From: Nitrospirota bacterium
Lineage (GTDB): Bacteria; Nitrospirota; Nitrospiria; Nitrospirales; Nitrospiraceae
Assembly: GCA_963703955.1 (NCBI GenBank)
Contig: CAVPGK010000011.1
Coordinates: forward strand, 192,001 to 256,000
Reading direction: 5' to 3'
DNA length: 64,000 nt
Shown piece by piece: positions 31,811 through 41,904 of the stretch (positions within the stretch are counted from its first letter, which is position 1; each line of letters opens with the position of its first letter). Position numbers and translations under genes: made by a program. The notes under the pieces were generated by a model. That model saw only the letters and a list, made by a program, of their open reading frames with translations. It ran no database searches and had not been told where the DNA came from.

Positions 31811-32664
31811 GCAAGCGGTATGAATTAGAGAGACATCTGGGCACCTTGCGCGAACTGAGCGGGATTATGGGAGCGATGAAGAACCTCGCGCTGATGGAAA
31901 CCCATAAAGTGAACCGCTTTCTATCCGCTCAACATCGGGCAGTAACCACCATCGAGTTGGCTGCCGCTGACTTCCTCGCCTTTCATCCAGATGTGAGGGC
32001 CCGACCTGCTAACGCAAGAAATGTGTACCTCTTGATTGGTTCCGAACGAGGGTTTTGCGGGGAGTTCAATGAGGTCCTGCTGGAGACGTTAGAAAGCCAT
32101 CTGGAACAGCTGTCCGATACCAATCCTATCCTGATTACTGTCGGACTCAAGCTTGCGGTCAAACTGGCAGGCAATGCGCGCGTTGCTGCCTCCCTTGAGG
32201 GACCAACTGTCGCTGAAGAGGTCCAACCAATTCTCATCCGCTTAATGGATACTCTCAGCGAAACGCAAGCCAAGCATAAGGCCTTTGGTCCCTTGACCCT
32301 GACTGTGTTGTCTCACCATGTACACGAGCACGGAAGTGCGGTGCAGATTTTCCAGCCATTCGAAGCGTCTAGGCAGGAGCCCATTCGATTTCCCTCCCCG
32401 CCTCTCTTGAATCTGGAGCCGCTCGCGTTTTGGGCTGAGCTGGTCGATCACTACCTTTTTGCGGTCCTTCATGAGCTGTTCTACAGCTCGCTCATGGCCG
32501 AAAATCACCGTCGGTTCCAACACATGGATACTGCTATCCAGCGTATGGAGACAGAGCTGTCGGATTTGGCACGGAAGCGCAACATCCTCCACCAGGAAGA
32601 GATTACTGAGGAAATTGAAGTGATTATGCTGAGTGTGGAAGCCCTCAAAAAAGCCCAACCATAG
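31807..32664 (+). CDS. atpG: F1 gamma subunit
   Basis: [24 protein letters not shown]...M, QEEITEEI. Confidence 0.92.
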   Translation: MSKRYELERHLGTLRELSGIMGAMKNLALMETHKVNRFLSAQHRAVTTIELAAADFLAFHPDVRARPANARNVYLLIGSERGFCGEFNEVLLETLESHLEQLSDTNPILITVGLKLAVKLAGNARVAASLEGPTVAEEVQPILIRLMDTLSETQAKHKAFGPLTLTVLSHHVHEHGSAVQIFQPFEASRQEPIRFPSPPLLNLEPLAFWAELVDHYLFAVLHELFYSSLMAENHRRFQHMDTAIQRMETELSDLARKRNILHQEEITEEIEVIMLSVEALKKAQP

Positions 32665-32722
32665 CCGGTCGTGGCTGTCGAAAAGACAAAGAGCCTCGTC
32701 CATGGATTTGGCGGACAGACAC

Positions 32723-32785
32723 ATGCCTCAGACGATCTTAAGAGTCTTGGTCGGTTCACAGGCGCATGGGCTTGCGGGCGCTAAC
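32723..32785 (+). pseudogene. Possible 5' remnant of a Pol-beta-type nucleotidyltransferase
   Basis: MPQTILRVLVGSQAHGLA resembles the GSxAxGL start of the motif; the DxD part is absent. Confidence 0.45.
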
Positions 32786-32854
32786 CGTGGAAGATTCTGC
32801 AATACTGTCATTCCCAGATTCGATAGGCTGGCGTCACGGAAAGGAGACCGGGTA

Positions 32855-33217
32855 ATGAAAAAGACTGCGGTTGTCGCCGGTGTTTTGGGTATCATGCTCT
32901 GCAGTGCGTGGGTCACCGCGCAAGGAGAAGGAGGACGGATCCGGATCGGGCAGGCCATCTACGAGGAACACTGCGCGCGCTGCCATGGCGAGACGGGCAA
33001 GGGAGACGGTCCTGACGCCATCACCTTGATCGTGCCGCCCGCGAATTTCCACACGGCGCGGTCCCGTTCCAAGACCGATTTCGAATTATTGACGACCATT
33101 GCGTATGGGATCGCCTTCAGCCCCATGCATGGATGGCAGGGCCGGATCACCGATGACGAGATGTTGGAGGTGGTCAGCTACATTCGGACGCTCGCGCCGT
33201 TCTACCCATCTCTCTGA
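32855..33217 (+). CDS. Monoheme cytochrome c
   Basis: AAGGAG RBS, signal peptide, CARCH, distal SPMHG. Confidence 0.9.
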   Translation: MKKTAVVAGVLGIMLCSAWVTAQGEGGRIRIGQAIYEEHCARCHGETGKGDGPDAITLIVPPANFHTARSRSKTDFELLTTIAYGIAFSPMHGWQGRITDDEMLEVVSYIRTLAPFYPSL

Positions 33218-33287
33218 CTTGTTCCGGACGATCAAGTGGCTGACTCGACCGACTCTCCCGCGTCGTAAACTAGTGCCGCCTGATTTC

Positions 33288-34511
33288 ATGCATGGCCAAC
33301 GACCAACCCAGAGGCTCGTCTGGATCCTGGTGCTTTGGATACTTGGGAATATCGGGTCGGCCTCGGCACACGCGACCGATCTGCAGGACGCGCAACCCGA
33401 TCTCGAGGTCTTCGTCCGGACGGGTTGCCCTCACTGTTCCGCCGCCAAACTCTTTCTCAAAGACCTCCATCGTGAGCGGCCCGGCCTTCGCCTCGTCATC
33501 CATGACATTGGAAAAGACACTACTGCCCTTGCAAGGTTGAGCACACTGGCTACACAGCACGGTGTGCGTGTAATGGGGGTCCCTGCCTTTCATCTGCGCG
33601 GCGTGTTGATCATCGGCTACGCCGGCGCCGACACAACCGGCGCCTCTATCAAGGCCTTGTTGGACAGACCGATGACAAGCCCGGGAAAGCCGATGCCAGA
33701 AGGAGCGTGTGGTCCGGAAACAGCCACTCCGTGCGGCCAAGCCTTTGATCGCGCAGGGCCGGACACCGATGTTATTACGATTCCGTTCTTCGGTCGTGTC
33801 AGTGCGCGCGAGCTAGGCCTGCCGGCTTTCACGATCGCCATCGGGCTCCTGGACGGCTTCAATCCATGTGCCATGTGGGTGCTTTTGTTCTTGCTCTCGC
33901 TCCTAGCCAACCTCCACGACCGGTGGAAAATGGCGGTCGTCGCCGGAACGTTCGTGGCCATGAGCGGCTTGGTGTATTTTGCCTTCATGGCAGCTTGGCT
34001 CAACATCTTTCTCCTCATCGGCTTGTCCAGGGTAACGCAGGTGACGCTCGGCGGGATCGCCGGTCTCATCGGTGCTCTAAACGTCAAAGATTTTTTTGCC
34101 TACAAACGGGGCATCTCCCTCTCGATTCCCGACTCAGTCAAGCCGGGACTGTATGCACAGATACGTCGCGTGCTGCAGGCCGAGCATCTCCCCGGCGCGC
34201 TTATAAGCGTCATCGTGTTGGCTGCGCTCGTCAACCTCGTTGAACTGCTCTGTACGGCTGGATTCCCAGCGATCTACACTCAGATCCTTACTCAGCGGCA
34301 CCTGCCGCAATGGGAATACTATGGCTATCTCGGACTCTACAATCTGGCCTATGTGCTTGACGATAGTCTCATGGTGACGATTGCAGTGGTGACACTGGGA
34401 CAGCGGAAGCTCCAGGAACACGAAGGTCGCTGGCTCAAACTTGTGAGCGGGACGGTCATGTTGGGACTGAGTCTCATCTTGATCGCCGGACCCGAGTGGC
34501 TGACCAGGTAA
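33288..34511 (+). CDS. Glutaredoxin/NrdH-like domain fused to a multi-pass membrane domain
   Basis: CPHC, GVP, DGFNPCAMWVL and ELLCTAG (CcdA/DsbD-like cysteine pair), about 6 TM helices; start uncertain. Confidence 0.8.
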   Translation: MHGQRPTQRLVWILVLWILGNIGSASAHATDLQDAQPDLEVFVRTGCPHCSAAKLFLKDLHRERPGLRLVIHDIGKDTTALARLSTLATQHGVRVMGVPAFHLRGVLIIGYAGADTTGASIKALLDRPMTSPGKPMPEGACGPETATPCGQAFDRAGPDTDVITIPFFGRVSARELGLPAFTIAIGLLDGFNPCAMWVLLFLLSLLANLHDRWKMAVVAGTFVAMSGLVYFAFMAAWLNIFLLIGLSRVTQVTLGGIAGLIGALNVKDFFAYKRGISLSIPDSVKPGLYAQIRRVLQAEHLPGALISVIVLAALVNLVELLCTAGFPAIYTQILTQRHLPQWEYYGYLGLYNLAYVLDDSLMVTIAVVTLGQRKLQEHEGRWLKLVSGTVMLGLSLILIAGPEWLTR

Positions 34512-34570
34512 GATATCGAGCCGACCTGTGGGGATGGAGAAGTCGGATGGCTTGAACGAGAGGAGTGAAT

Positions 34571-35747
34571 ATGAAGTGGTCATTGACGGCAGGAATTCTG
34601 GTCGCCTCTCTACTGATCACTATGCCCGCCGATACGGGGGCGGACGATCAAGATCAGAGGACGGAGATCGGACCTCTTCGAAGGCATGTGATCGTGCCTG
34701 CTGGGCAGGTCATCAACCGTGATTATTTTGCGTTCGGCGAGATCGTCGAAATCTCAGGGACGGTGAACGGGGATGTCTATGCGGCCGGCGCTCACGTTGT
34801 CGTCGACGGCACCGTCAACGGGGATCTGTTGGCGGCGGGCGGAACGGTGACGATCTCGGGAACTGTGGCGCATGATGCGAGAGTGGCAGGAGGACAGGTC
34901 ACCATCAGCGGTCAGATCGGCGGGAATATGACTGTGGGGAGCGGCCATGTCGAACTGACGCCATCTGCCGTCATCCGAGGCAGCGCGGTCGCCGGGGGCG
35001 GCCATGTCGAACTGGCAGCTCCGGTCGAGCGCGATGTGAAAATCGGCGCCGGCACCGTGATCGTCTCGAATCGCATCGGAGGAAACATGACGGCCGCTGC
35101 TGGAACGATTCGTCTCACTTCAAAAGCGGTGGTCGCCGGCAATCTGATCTACTGGACTCACAACCTCGTCTCGATCGATGACCAGGCGAGCGTGCGGGGA
35201 AAGACTATTCGGCGCGAAATCCCCGAAGATGTCATGGGATCAATCCAGAACCTACTCGCCATCTTTGCCGGCTTAAAACTGGCGGTCACCGCGGCAAGTT
35301 TCGTGTCCACCCTCATTCTTGGGTTACTCCTTTTTCGGTTTTACCCGATCTCCACCCAGCAGGCTCTGGCCGCACCTCGCGGAGGAGCCGTTCACCTCGT
35401 TCGGCTTGGGAATGCTTGCGCTGATTCTCATTCCACTCATCGCGGGGTTGCTGGCCGTGACCGTCATCGGGCTTCCTCTCATGGTCATCCTGTTGGCTTG
35501 GTCCCTCATTGCCTTGTACCTGTCTCGCATCTTTGTCATCGCCTTCGCCAGCCAGAGGATCTTCAGATGGATGGGCGTCGGAGACGGTTGGACTTTTTTC
35601 TTCGGGCTCCTACTCTACTCTCTTCTGACGTTGGTCCCCATTCTTGGGCCCGTGGTGACGGTTCTGGCGATCGTATTTGGGCTGGGAGCGATTCTTCTTG
35701 CAAAGAAAGAGATCTACCGAGCTGCCAGGGCCGAGGGGTTGACCTAA
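34571..35747 (+). pseudogene. Frameshifted beta-helix (bactofilin-like repeat) membrane protein
   Basis: V.I.G.V.GD repeats then TM helices; removing one C at about 35370 joins the 34565 and 35319 frames (..QALAHLAEEPF..). Confidence 0.75.
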
Positions 35748-36154
35748 CCTCGCATGATTCGAGAACAGGGCCAGATACGGGCTGACGATTACTTCAATAA
35801 GTCATCGCATGTTCATACATCTATACATTTATACATTAGCTCTCATCCTAACCCAGACCACTTCAGACCCTCGTAGGTCGCACCCCACTGCTTCACTCCA
35901 CGTCCCCCAACCGCAGGACGCAAGCGCGCTCCAAGCCTTCGTTCACTGGCCTCCGCTCCGTCCGTCGCCTTGGCCGCATGAAACCGTAGGTTGGTCTATA
36001 GGTAACTCGCAGACAACGTCGAGCGCGGGGCAAGAGCGTGCATTTTGATTGACGATCAGCCCGGATGACCTATACTTGAGGTGCAATCTCGATTATCTCA
36101 GCAAGGGGAAAACCTGCCCGCTATCGCTAACGACCCCTCCTCTTCACAGAAGCC

Positions 36155-37906
36155 ATGCCGAAAACTCTAAGAAAAACAACGGAGCTGGGCGCGTTCGATT
36201 ATCTGTTGGCCACAAACCAGATCACGCAGGCCGACCTCAACGACGCGGTTGTCGAGGCATCCAGAGGGCGGGCAGATCTCGAAGCGCTCCTCATCGAGAA
36301 GTACAACATTCCCAAAGGCGAACTTGGAGCCTCGCTGAGCCAGTTCTATCAATGCCCTTACATTGGGTACAACGAGCGCATGCTCCCCGACCTTGAGCTA
36401 TTGAAGAACCTGAGCGTGGACTATCTCAAAAAGAATTGTTGGATCCCCCTCAAACGTGAACACAAGATCCTCGATATTCTCATCGACGACCCCCATGACA
36501 TCGACAAGGGCATGGATATCCGGAGGGCGTTTCCCGGCCTGAGCATTCGGTTCGCGGTCGGCCTGCGCCGCGACATTCTCAAGTTCCTGGTGGCAGCCAC
36601 GGGCCATGAGGACGGCTCCTCCATTACCGAGATTCTCGGCGAGCTGGTCAATGAGGCTCAGCAGGATCAACCGCTGGATATCGCCAACGGACCGATCGAT
36701 GAGAACGACAGCGCCATTGTCCGTCTGGCCAACCAGATCATTGCGGATGCGTACCGGCTTGACGTCTCAGATATACACATCGAGCCCTATTCCGACAAGA
36801 AGGAAACGGTCGTCCGCTTCCGGGTGGACGGGACCTGTTTCAAGTACATGACGATCCCTGCAAGCTACCGGCGCGCCATCGTCTCCCGGCTTAAGATCAT
36901 GGCCAACCTCGATATAGCTGAACGTCGCAAGCCGCAGGACGGCAAGATCAGGTATAAGCTCGGCCGGGACAATGAGGTCGAGCTTCGAGTGGCCACGATT
37001 CCGACCGCCGGGCACAACGAGGACGTGGCCATGCGAGTCTTGACGGCCAAGGAACCGATGCCTCTTGAAGCGATGGAGTTTTCCCGACGGAGCCTTGAGC
37101 TACTCAAGCGGGTCGTTGAGAAGCCGTACGGCATTATCTTGTGCGTGGGACCGACTGGTTCCGGCAAGACGACAACCTTGCACGCCCTGCTGAACTCGAT
37201 CAACACGGATGAACGGAAGATTTGGACCGCTGAAGATCCGATTGAGATCACGCAGGATGGTCTCCGCCAGGTCCAGGTCCACCCGAAAATCGGGTTCACC
37301 TTCGCCGCAGCCCTGCGCGCCTTCCTGCGGGCCGATCCTGACGTGATCATGATCGGGGAGATGCGCGACAAGGAAACCGCCGACATTGCGATTGAAGCTT
37401 CGCTCACCGGTCATCTGGTGCTCAGCACGCTGCATACGAACAGTTCGGTTGAGACCGTCACACGCCTCTTGGATCTGGGGTGTGATTCCTTCAACTTCGC
37501 CGACGCGATGTTGGGCATCATCGCCAAGCGGCTGTGTAAGCGAATATGCCAGTCATGCAAGGAACCCTACCAGCCGTCGAAGCAGGAGTATGAGGAGTTG
37601 GTTCACGGGTATGGGGCTGAATATTGGAAGAGGACGGGGATCGAATACGACACCGACTTGAAACTGTACCGAGGGAAAGGCTGCGAGGCGTGCAATCATG
37701 CGGGATATAAGGGCCGGATCGCCTTGCACGAGATCCTGCTCGGCACAGAGGAAATGAAAACCATGATCCAAGCCAATGCCCGGACTAAGGCCCTGTTCAA
37801 GCAGGCTCTCGACGACGGCATGACTACCCTGGTTCAGGACGGGATCGAGAAGGTACTGCAGGGCCACACGACCTACAAACAGGTCAAGTCGGTGGCCATC
37901 AAGTGA
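36155..37906 (+). CDS. GspE/PilB family secretion/pilus ATPase
   Basis: SDIHIEP, RKPQDG, GPTGSGKTTT, EDPIE, LRADPD..IGEMRD, TGHLVLSTLH, two CxxC motifs. Confidence 0.93.
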   Translation: MPKTLRKTTELGAFDYLLATNQITQADLNDAVVEASRGRADLEALLIEKYNIPKGELGASLSQFYQCPYIGYNERMLPDLELLKNLSVDYLKKNCWIPLKREHKILDILIDDPHDIDKGMDIRRAFPGLSIRFAVGLRRDILKFLVAATGHEDGSSITEILGELVNEAQQDQPLDIANGPIDENDSAIVRLANQIIADAYRLDVSDIHIEPYSDKKETVVRFRVDGTCFKYMTIPASYRRAIVSRLKIMANLDIAERRKPQDGKIRYKLGRDNEVELRVATIPTAGHNEDVAMRVLTAKEPMPLEAMEFSRRSLELLKRVVEKPYGIILCVGPTGSGKTTTLHALLNSINTDERKIWTAEDPIEITQDGLRQVQVHPKIGFTFAAALRAFLRADPDVIMIGEMRDKETADIAIEASLTGHLVLSTLHTNSSVETVTRLLDLGCDSFNFADAMLGIIAKRLCKRICQSCKEPYQPSKQEYEELVHGYGAEYWKRTGIEYDTDLKLYRGKGCEACNHAGYKGRIALHEILLGTEEMKTMIQANARTKALFKQALDDGMTTLVQDGIEKVLQGHTTYKQVKSVAIK

Positions 37907-37953
37907 CCCTCGTTCCCAACCTCCTCTCGCCTGGGTCGGGCGCCTTGGAAACA

Positions 37954-38277
37954 TCACCCATTGGTGAGTCCCGCCTCGAGCCCTTTGGCTGCCTGACGGA
38001 GTCGTTCCTGAGCTTCAGGCTTGAGACGGATAAATTCAACGCCGAATTTCTGATCAGTACGCCAGCGAACCGCAGCCAACTCCACCTCGACCGGCAAGCC
38101 CTCATCGGACAAGTGAATGGAGAGGGACACATAGGCCCCTTTCGTGACGCTGATCTCACTGCCCAACGCACAACCTTCCTTCGAGAGGTTGAAGACTATT
38201 CCTTCGCCGGTAAAGTGATCTCCTGAAAAAGACACAGGGAGTTGCACGGCAAAGCGAGGGTACTTGCGTAACTCCAT
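37954..38277 (-). CDS. PilZ domain protein
   Basis: RKYPR (RxxxR) and NLSKEG (D/NxSxxG), VRW, GVEF. Confidence 0.88.
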   Translation of the reverse strand: MELRKYPRFAVQLPVSFSGDHFTGEGIVFNLSKEGCALGSEISVTKGAYVSLSIHLSDEGLPVEVELAAVRWRTDQKFGVEFIRLKPEAQERLRQAAKGLEAGLTNG

Positions 38278-38526
38278 CTGGTCCTCACTCTTTGTGATGA
38301 ACTGACCGTACTTGACTATCGGACTCGGGCCTGCATGCGGCGGCAAGTCTAGCGCGTGATGTCTCAAAAGGCCAGCCCGAAGGAGGTCTTAAGTCTCTAC
38401 GCCCATGCGCATAAGTTGCCGAATCGTTAGGCTTCTTGACCAGATAGGAAGTGTTGATATCCTGAATAGAGAGCAGGAGTTCGACTTCAAGATTTTGGCT
38501 AGAGCGCAGCCTTCGAAGGAGCCACT

Positions 38527-38832
38527 ATGGACCTCCGAACTTCCCCGCGCATTCCGGTTCAGTGCCCGACTGTTTTTTCAGGGGATCACATTGTCGGAGA
38601 AGGGGTGGTCGTCAACCTCTCGGTGCCTGGCTGTGCAATCAAGACTTCTAAGGTATTACGAAAAGGTGATTACCTCGAACTACGGGTCCTGATTCCTGAT
38701 CAGACCGCCCCCTTGGCAGTTGATCTGGCGAAAGTTCGCTGGGAACACAATGGTCATTTCGGGCTCCAATTCATTCGGATGCGTCCGAGCGACCAACATC
38801 GGCTCGCTCAACTCCTGACAGAATCCTCGTAG
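38527..38832 (+). CDS. PilZ domain protein
   Basis: RTSPR and NLSVPG motifs, VRW, GLQF; GGAG RBS. Confidence 0.88.
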   Translation: MDLRTSPRIPVQCPTVFSGDHIVGEGVVVNLSVPGCAIKTSKVLRKGDYLELRVLIPDQTAPLAVDLAKVRWEHNGHFGLQFIRMRPSDQHRLAQLLTESS

Positions 38833-39065
38833 TAGTTCCCTCTTCATGAATCCTGACAAAGGGCTGTCCGACCGGCGTTGACGACGCTGAACGTGAGGCA
38901 GCATCGCGCTGTGTAAGGATGACGGTGCCTGCCAATGCCTCGCAGGCCGTTCTTACTTGATCACCTCTCCCTAACCGTTTCTTTGCATGAGGAGTCAGGA
39001 GAGGCGGTTCGGCTTCGGCGAGCCAGCCAGACGACCGTCAAATCCGCCAAACCGGGGATGGTCTG

Positions 39066-39614
39066 TCATTGGCTCTCCCTCTCCATCGGCATGCCCATTG
39101 ACTCGTGGGAATCCTCTCGATCCATGCCGCCCATCCGCCCGCGCGCGCCCATGGGACCATGCGGGCCGACCATGACCGCCAGCGAAGCTCCGCTCGTACT
39201 GAATGATGGTCCAAATCTCTTCATCCGACAGCACGTACCGAATCCAATCATGCCGGTAGCGGGTGATCCGTTCTTGATGACCCAGAAGATTTCTCCTTCG
39301 GTCCGATGCCGCCAGAACCCATGATGTCGGAAATCCCGCGGCGAGGGGTCCAAGCCCATAGCGGCCGCACCATCGCCTCGTCCGCTCGCTCCATGACAGT
39401 TCGCGCACGTGCCTTTGCCCTGATAGAGGGCTTTGCCTTTTTCGACGATCTCGGATGACTCCGGCAAGGGACTGATTAAGGCGCGGGCCTCCTCGATCCG
39501 ATCAGGGGGCACCCTGGGCGCCATCGGGTGGCGTTCAGCGGCAACCGATGAAGAGGCTGATTCCAATACAAGCGCGAACAGTGCGACAGTCGCATGACCA
39601 CGTATGGTTCTCAT
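39066..39614 (-). pseudogene. Frameshifted monoheme cytochrome c (paralog of 41308-41904)
   Basis: CANCH, RTEGEIFWVIKNG; the frame changes at about 39236, where LSDEEIWTIIQYERSF continues in another frame. Confidence 0.8.
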
Positions 39615-39624
39615 CGAAAAGGTC

Positions 39625-39880
39625 CTATGAGGTCGAGCCGACATGGATGGCGACTTTCGGGGGAACCACCAAAGACTGATGCACCGTGCATCCATGTCAA
39701 CTTTCAGCAACTTCTCTTGGTGAGATGGCGCGAGGTCTGTCGGAAGGTGAAGCACAGCTCCACCGCTCCCACCCGATGGGGCTGTTCGGCCATTGTCCAG
39801 CCAACGTCGATCGTGAAACCCGCGGTCGGAATCTGATGCCTGACGGAATAGCCTCTGACTAAGAACCGACACCCTAGCTC
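39625..39880 (-). pseudogene. OsmC-family remnant
   Basis: Fragments TIDVGWTMAEQPHRVGAV, LHLPTDL..EKLLKV and GCTVHQSLVVPP in different frames match the OsmC at 47465-47881. Confidence 0.8.
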
Positions 39881-39985
39881 GGTCTGTTGTCTCACACGGT
39901 TGCAGCCGGAGGGCCACAACCGCCCGCCCTTTCCGAGACCTTCTCAGGAGGATGATGCATCAAGGAGCCCTGCCCACTCCATGCT

Positions 39986-40549
39986 TCACGAGTGGTCGTC
40001 CTCCGAGTCTGCCCCCTCTGCCGCTCGCACATGGGCCTTGCACGGCTCGGAAGACAGAGGGACTCGCGGTTCGTTCTCTTCCCACTTTCCTGGCCTGGCG
40101 CCGACGGCCTTCAGCAGGCACTCAGCCGTGGCTAGCAATTCCTTGAGCCGACGCCCTGGTTTCGCGCCGAAGCGCTCTCGATCGAAGATCGGCACCTGCA
40201 GGCAGACCTCAGCGCGCCGTCGCCGTTCCGGCGAATAGATCACCCGAGGAACCGGCGGATCTGGATATTCGCACGGCTTGAGAAGATCAAGCGATTGGAA
40301 GAAGACTCGGCAGAGCCGCTGGAGATCCCGCACGATTTCCCGATGCTCCTCGTCATCGCCCGTCGGCAGGTGGTGCGGGTCCTGAAACCCCGCATAGAGA
40401 TTCAACTGAAACCCGATCTGGGCCATCACGCCGGTCCCGTCCATCACGTAAAACGGATCGTGATCGAAGCAGACCTTTCGCATGGCGATCATCTCGCGCA
40501 GTGACGCTTCGTTCAGGAAGGCGCCGTCCACATTCAGCGGAATTGTCAT
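39986..40549 (-). CDS. Hypothetical protein
   Basis: 187-aa ORF 13 bp downstream of the cytochrome c'-like gene, GGGAG RBS. Confidence 0.6.
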   Translation of the reverse strand: MTIPLNVDGAFLNEASLREMIAMRKVCFDHDPFYVMDGTGVMAQIGFQLNLYAGFQDPHHLPTGDDEEHREIVRDLQRLCRVFFQSLDLLKPCEYPDPPVPRVIYSPERRRRAEVCLQVPIFDRERFGAKPGRRLKELLATAECLLKAVGARPGKWEENEPRVPLSSEPCKAHVRAAEGADSEDDHS

Positions 40550-40562
40550 CGCCGATCTCCCG

Positions 40563-41078
40563 TCAAAGATTCTTCGCAAGCTTATACTCGAGGTGACACG
40601 CGACGCAGGCCTTCAATACGTTGTCGAGCTTCGGAAGGATCTGCTTGAAGTCCTTCGTCGGCATCACGCGCGCCAACCCTTCCGCCGCCTCATGATGGAC
40701 CATGGCCAAGTCGTGATAGGACGGCGGAAAGTCCTCCGGCTTCTGCCGCAACATGGCCTGTCGGTGCATGAAGAAACCCAAGTGCGTCTCGGTCAATCGT
40801 TGGGCCCTCTCGAAATCCTCCCGACCCAAGGCAGCCACGATCTGCTGCACGGATTCCAAGTGCTGAAGCATGACGGCCCGATGCTCTGTTCTGCTCTCGG
40901 GCGCCAACGGGATTTGCGCTCTGGTGTCGGGTAAGGGAACGGCTCTGGGGAGCCCTTGACCGGAACGGCCGGTTCCTTCCGCGCACCCGTATGCAATGGA
41001 ACCCGCGAGCGCGAGCGACAGGACACCTAAAACCGCCCCCCTGATCCCTTTCCTCACGATTCCCTCGTCATGATGCAC
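40563..41078 (-). CDS. Class II (cytochrome c'-like) cytochrome
   Basis: Signal/lipoprotein-like N-terminus, helical body, C-terminal CVACH; start uncertain. Confidence 0.8.
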   Translation of the reverse strand: MHHDEGIVRKGIRGAVLGVLSLALAGSIAYGCAEGTGRSGQGLPRAVPLPDTRAQIPLAPESRTEHRAVMLQHLESVQQIVAALGREDFERAQRLTETHLGFFMHRQAMLRQKPEDFPPSYHDLAMVHHEAAEGLARVMPTKDFKQILPKLDNVLKACVACHLEYKLAKNL

Positions 41079-41307
41079 GGGCAGTCCCGCAGGTCTTCGT
41101 GCCCGTGACTCGGAAAACCAATTCCCCGTGCAAGCTGAGCGGCATCCCGCTTTCGATGTCCAGCCGATTTTCGGCGCGAGGTTGACTCGTTTCAGCAGAC
41201 ACCAGCAAGGTTCCCGACGTCCAGAGGAACATCCAGCACAACCAGATCCCAGCCAATAGCTTCGCGATGTCCTTCATCCGATCACCGAGTGGTAATCATG
41301 CCAAGAC

Positions 41308-41904
41308 CTACCGTGTGGCTTCAGGCTTGTCGCAGCACTCGCCTTCGCCTCGACCCATCCCGCCCCTCGCACCATGTGACCCCATCTCACCCATTTCGCT
41401 GCGTGGTGTCATACGGCCCATTCCCTCTCGGGGACCCATTCCACGGCCTGGGCCGCTGTCACCGCCGAAACTGCGCTCGTATTGAATGATCGCCCAGATT
41501 TCATCGTCCGTAAGCATGCCGCCGAACGGAATCATCGCCGTGCCGGCGATGCCATGCTTGATCACCCAGAAAATCTCGCCCTCTGTCCGGTGCCGCCATA
41601 ACCCGTGATGATGAAAATTGCGCGGTGAGGGATCGAGTCCGACCGCTGCTGGACCGTTGCCCATGCCGTCTTTGCCATGGCAGTTGAAACATGTTCCTTT
41701 CCCGCTGTAGAGCGCCTTACCCTTCTCGATGATGTCAGGCGAGTCCACCAGCGGGCTCTTCAAGGCGCGTGCTTCCTCCAGTTTGTCGGTGGGCACCCGC
41801 GGCGGCATCACATGACGCTCCGCCCCGGACAATATGCCAGCGCTGCCGAGCGCAAGCGCACCGACCAGGGCTCCAACCACGACCTGCCATGCGTCGCTTT
41901 TCAT
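41308..41904 (-). CDS. Monoheme cytochrome c with Gly/Met-rich tail
   Basis: Signal peptide, CFNCH, GTAM; ATGA overlap with the upstream gene. Confidence 0.9.
   Translation of the reverse strand: MKSDAWQVVVGALVGALALGSAGILSGAERHVMPPRVPTDKLEEARALKSPLVDSPDIIEKGKALYSGKGTCFNCHGKDGMGNGPAAVGLDPSPRNFHHHGLWRHRTEGEIFWVIKHGIAGTAMIPFGGMLTDDEIWAIIQYERSFGGDSGPGRGMGPREGMGRMTPRSEMGEMGSHGARGGMGRGEGECCDKPEATR

Noticed and set aside
36044..36062. FNR/CRP-like site TTGATTGACGATCA
   Set aside because: Half-site spacing does not fit TTGAT-N4-ATCAA
38338..38425. Possible c-di-GMP-I riboswitch between the PilZ genes (GGCAA...GTTGCCGAA)
   Set aside because: No GNRA-capped P2 stem and wrong spacing of the conserved blocks; an Infernal scan would settle it
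41068..41277. 69-aa ORF with a signal-peptide-like start
   Set aside because: Could be a real small protein or a 5' remnant, but there is no motif to support a call
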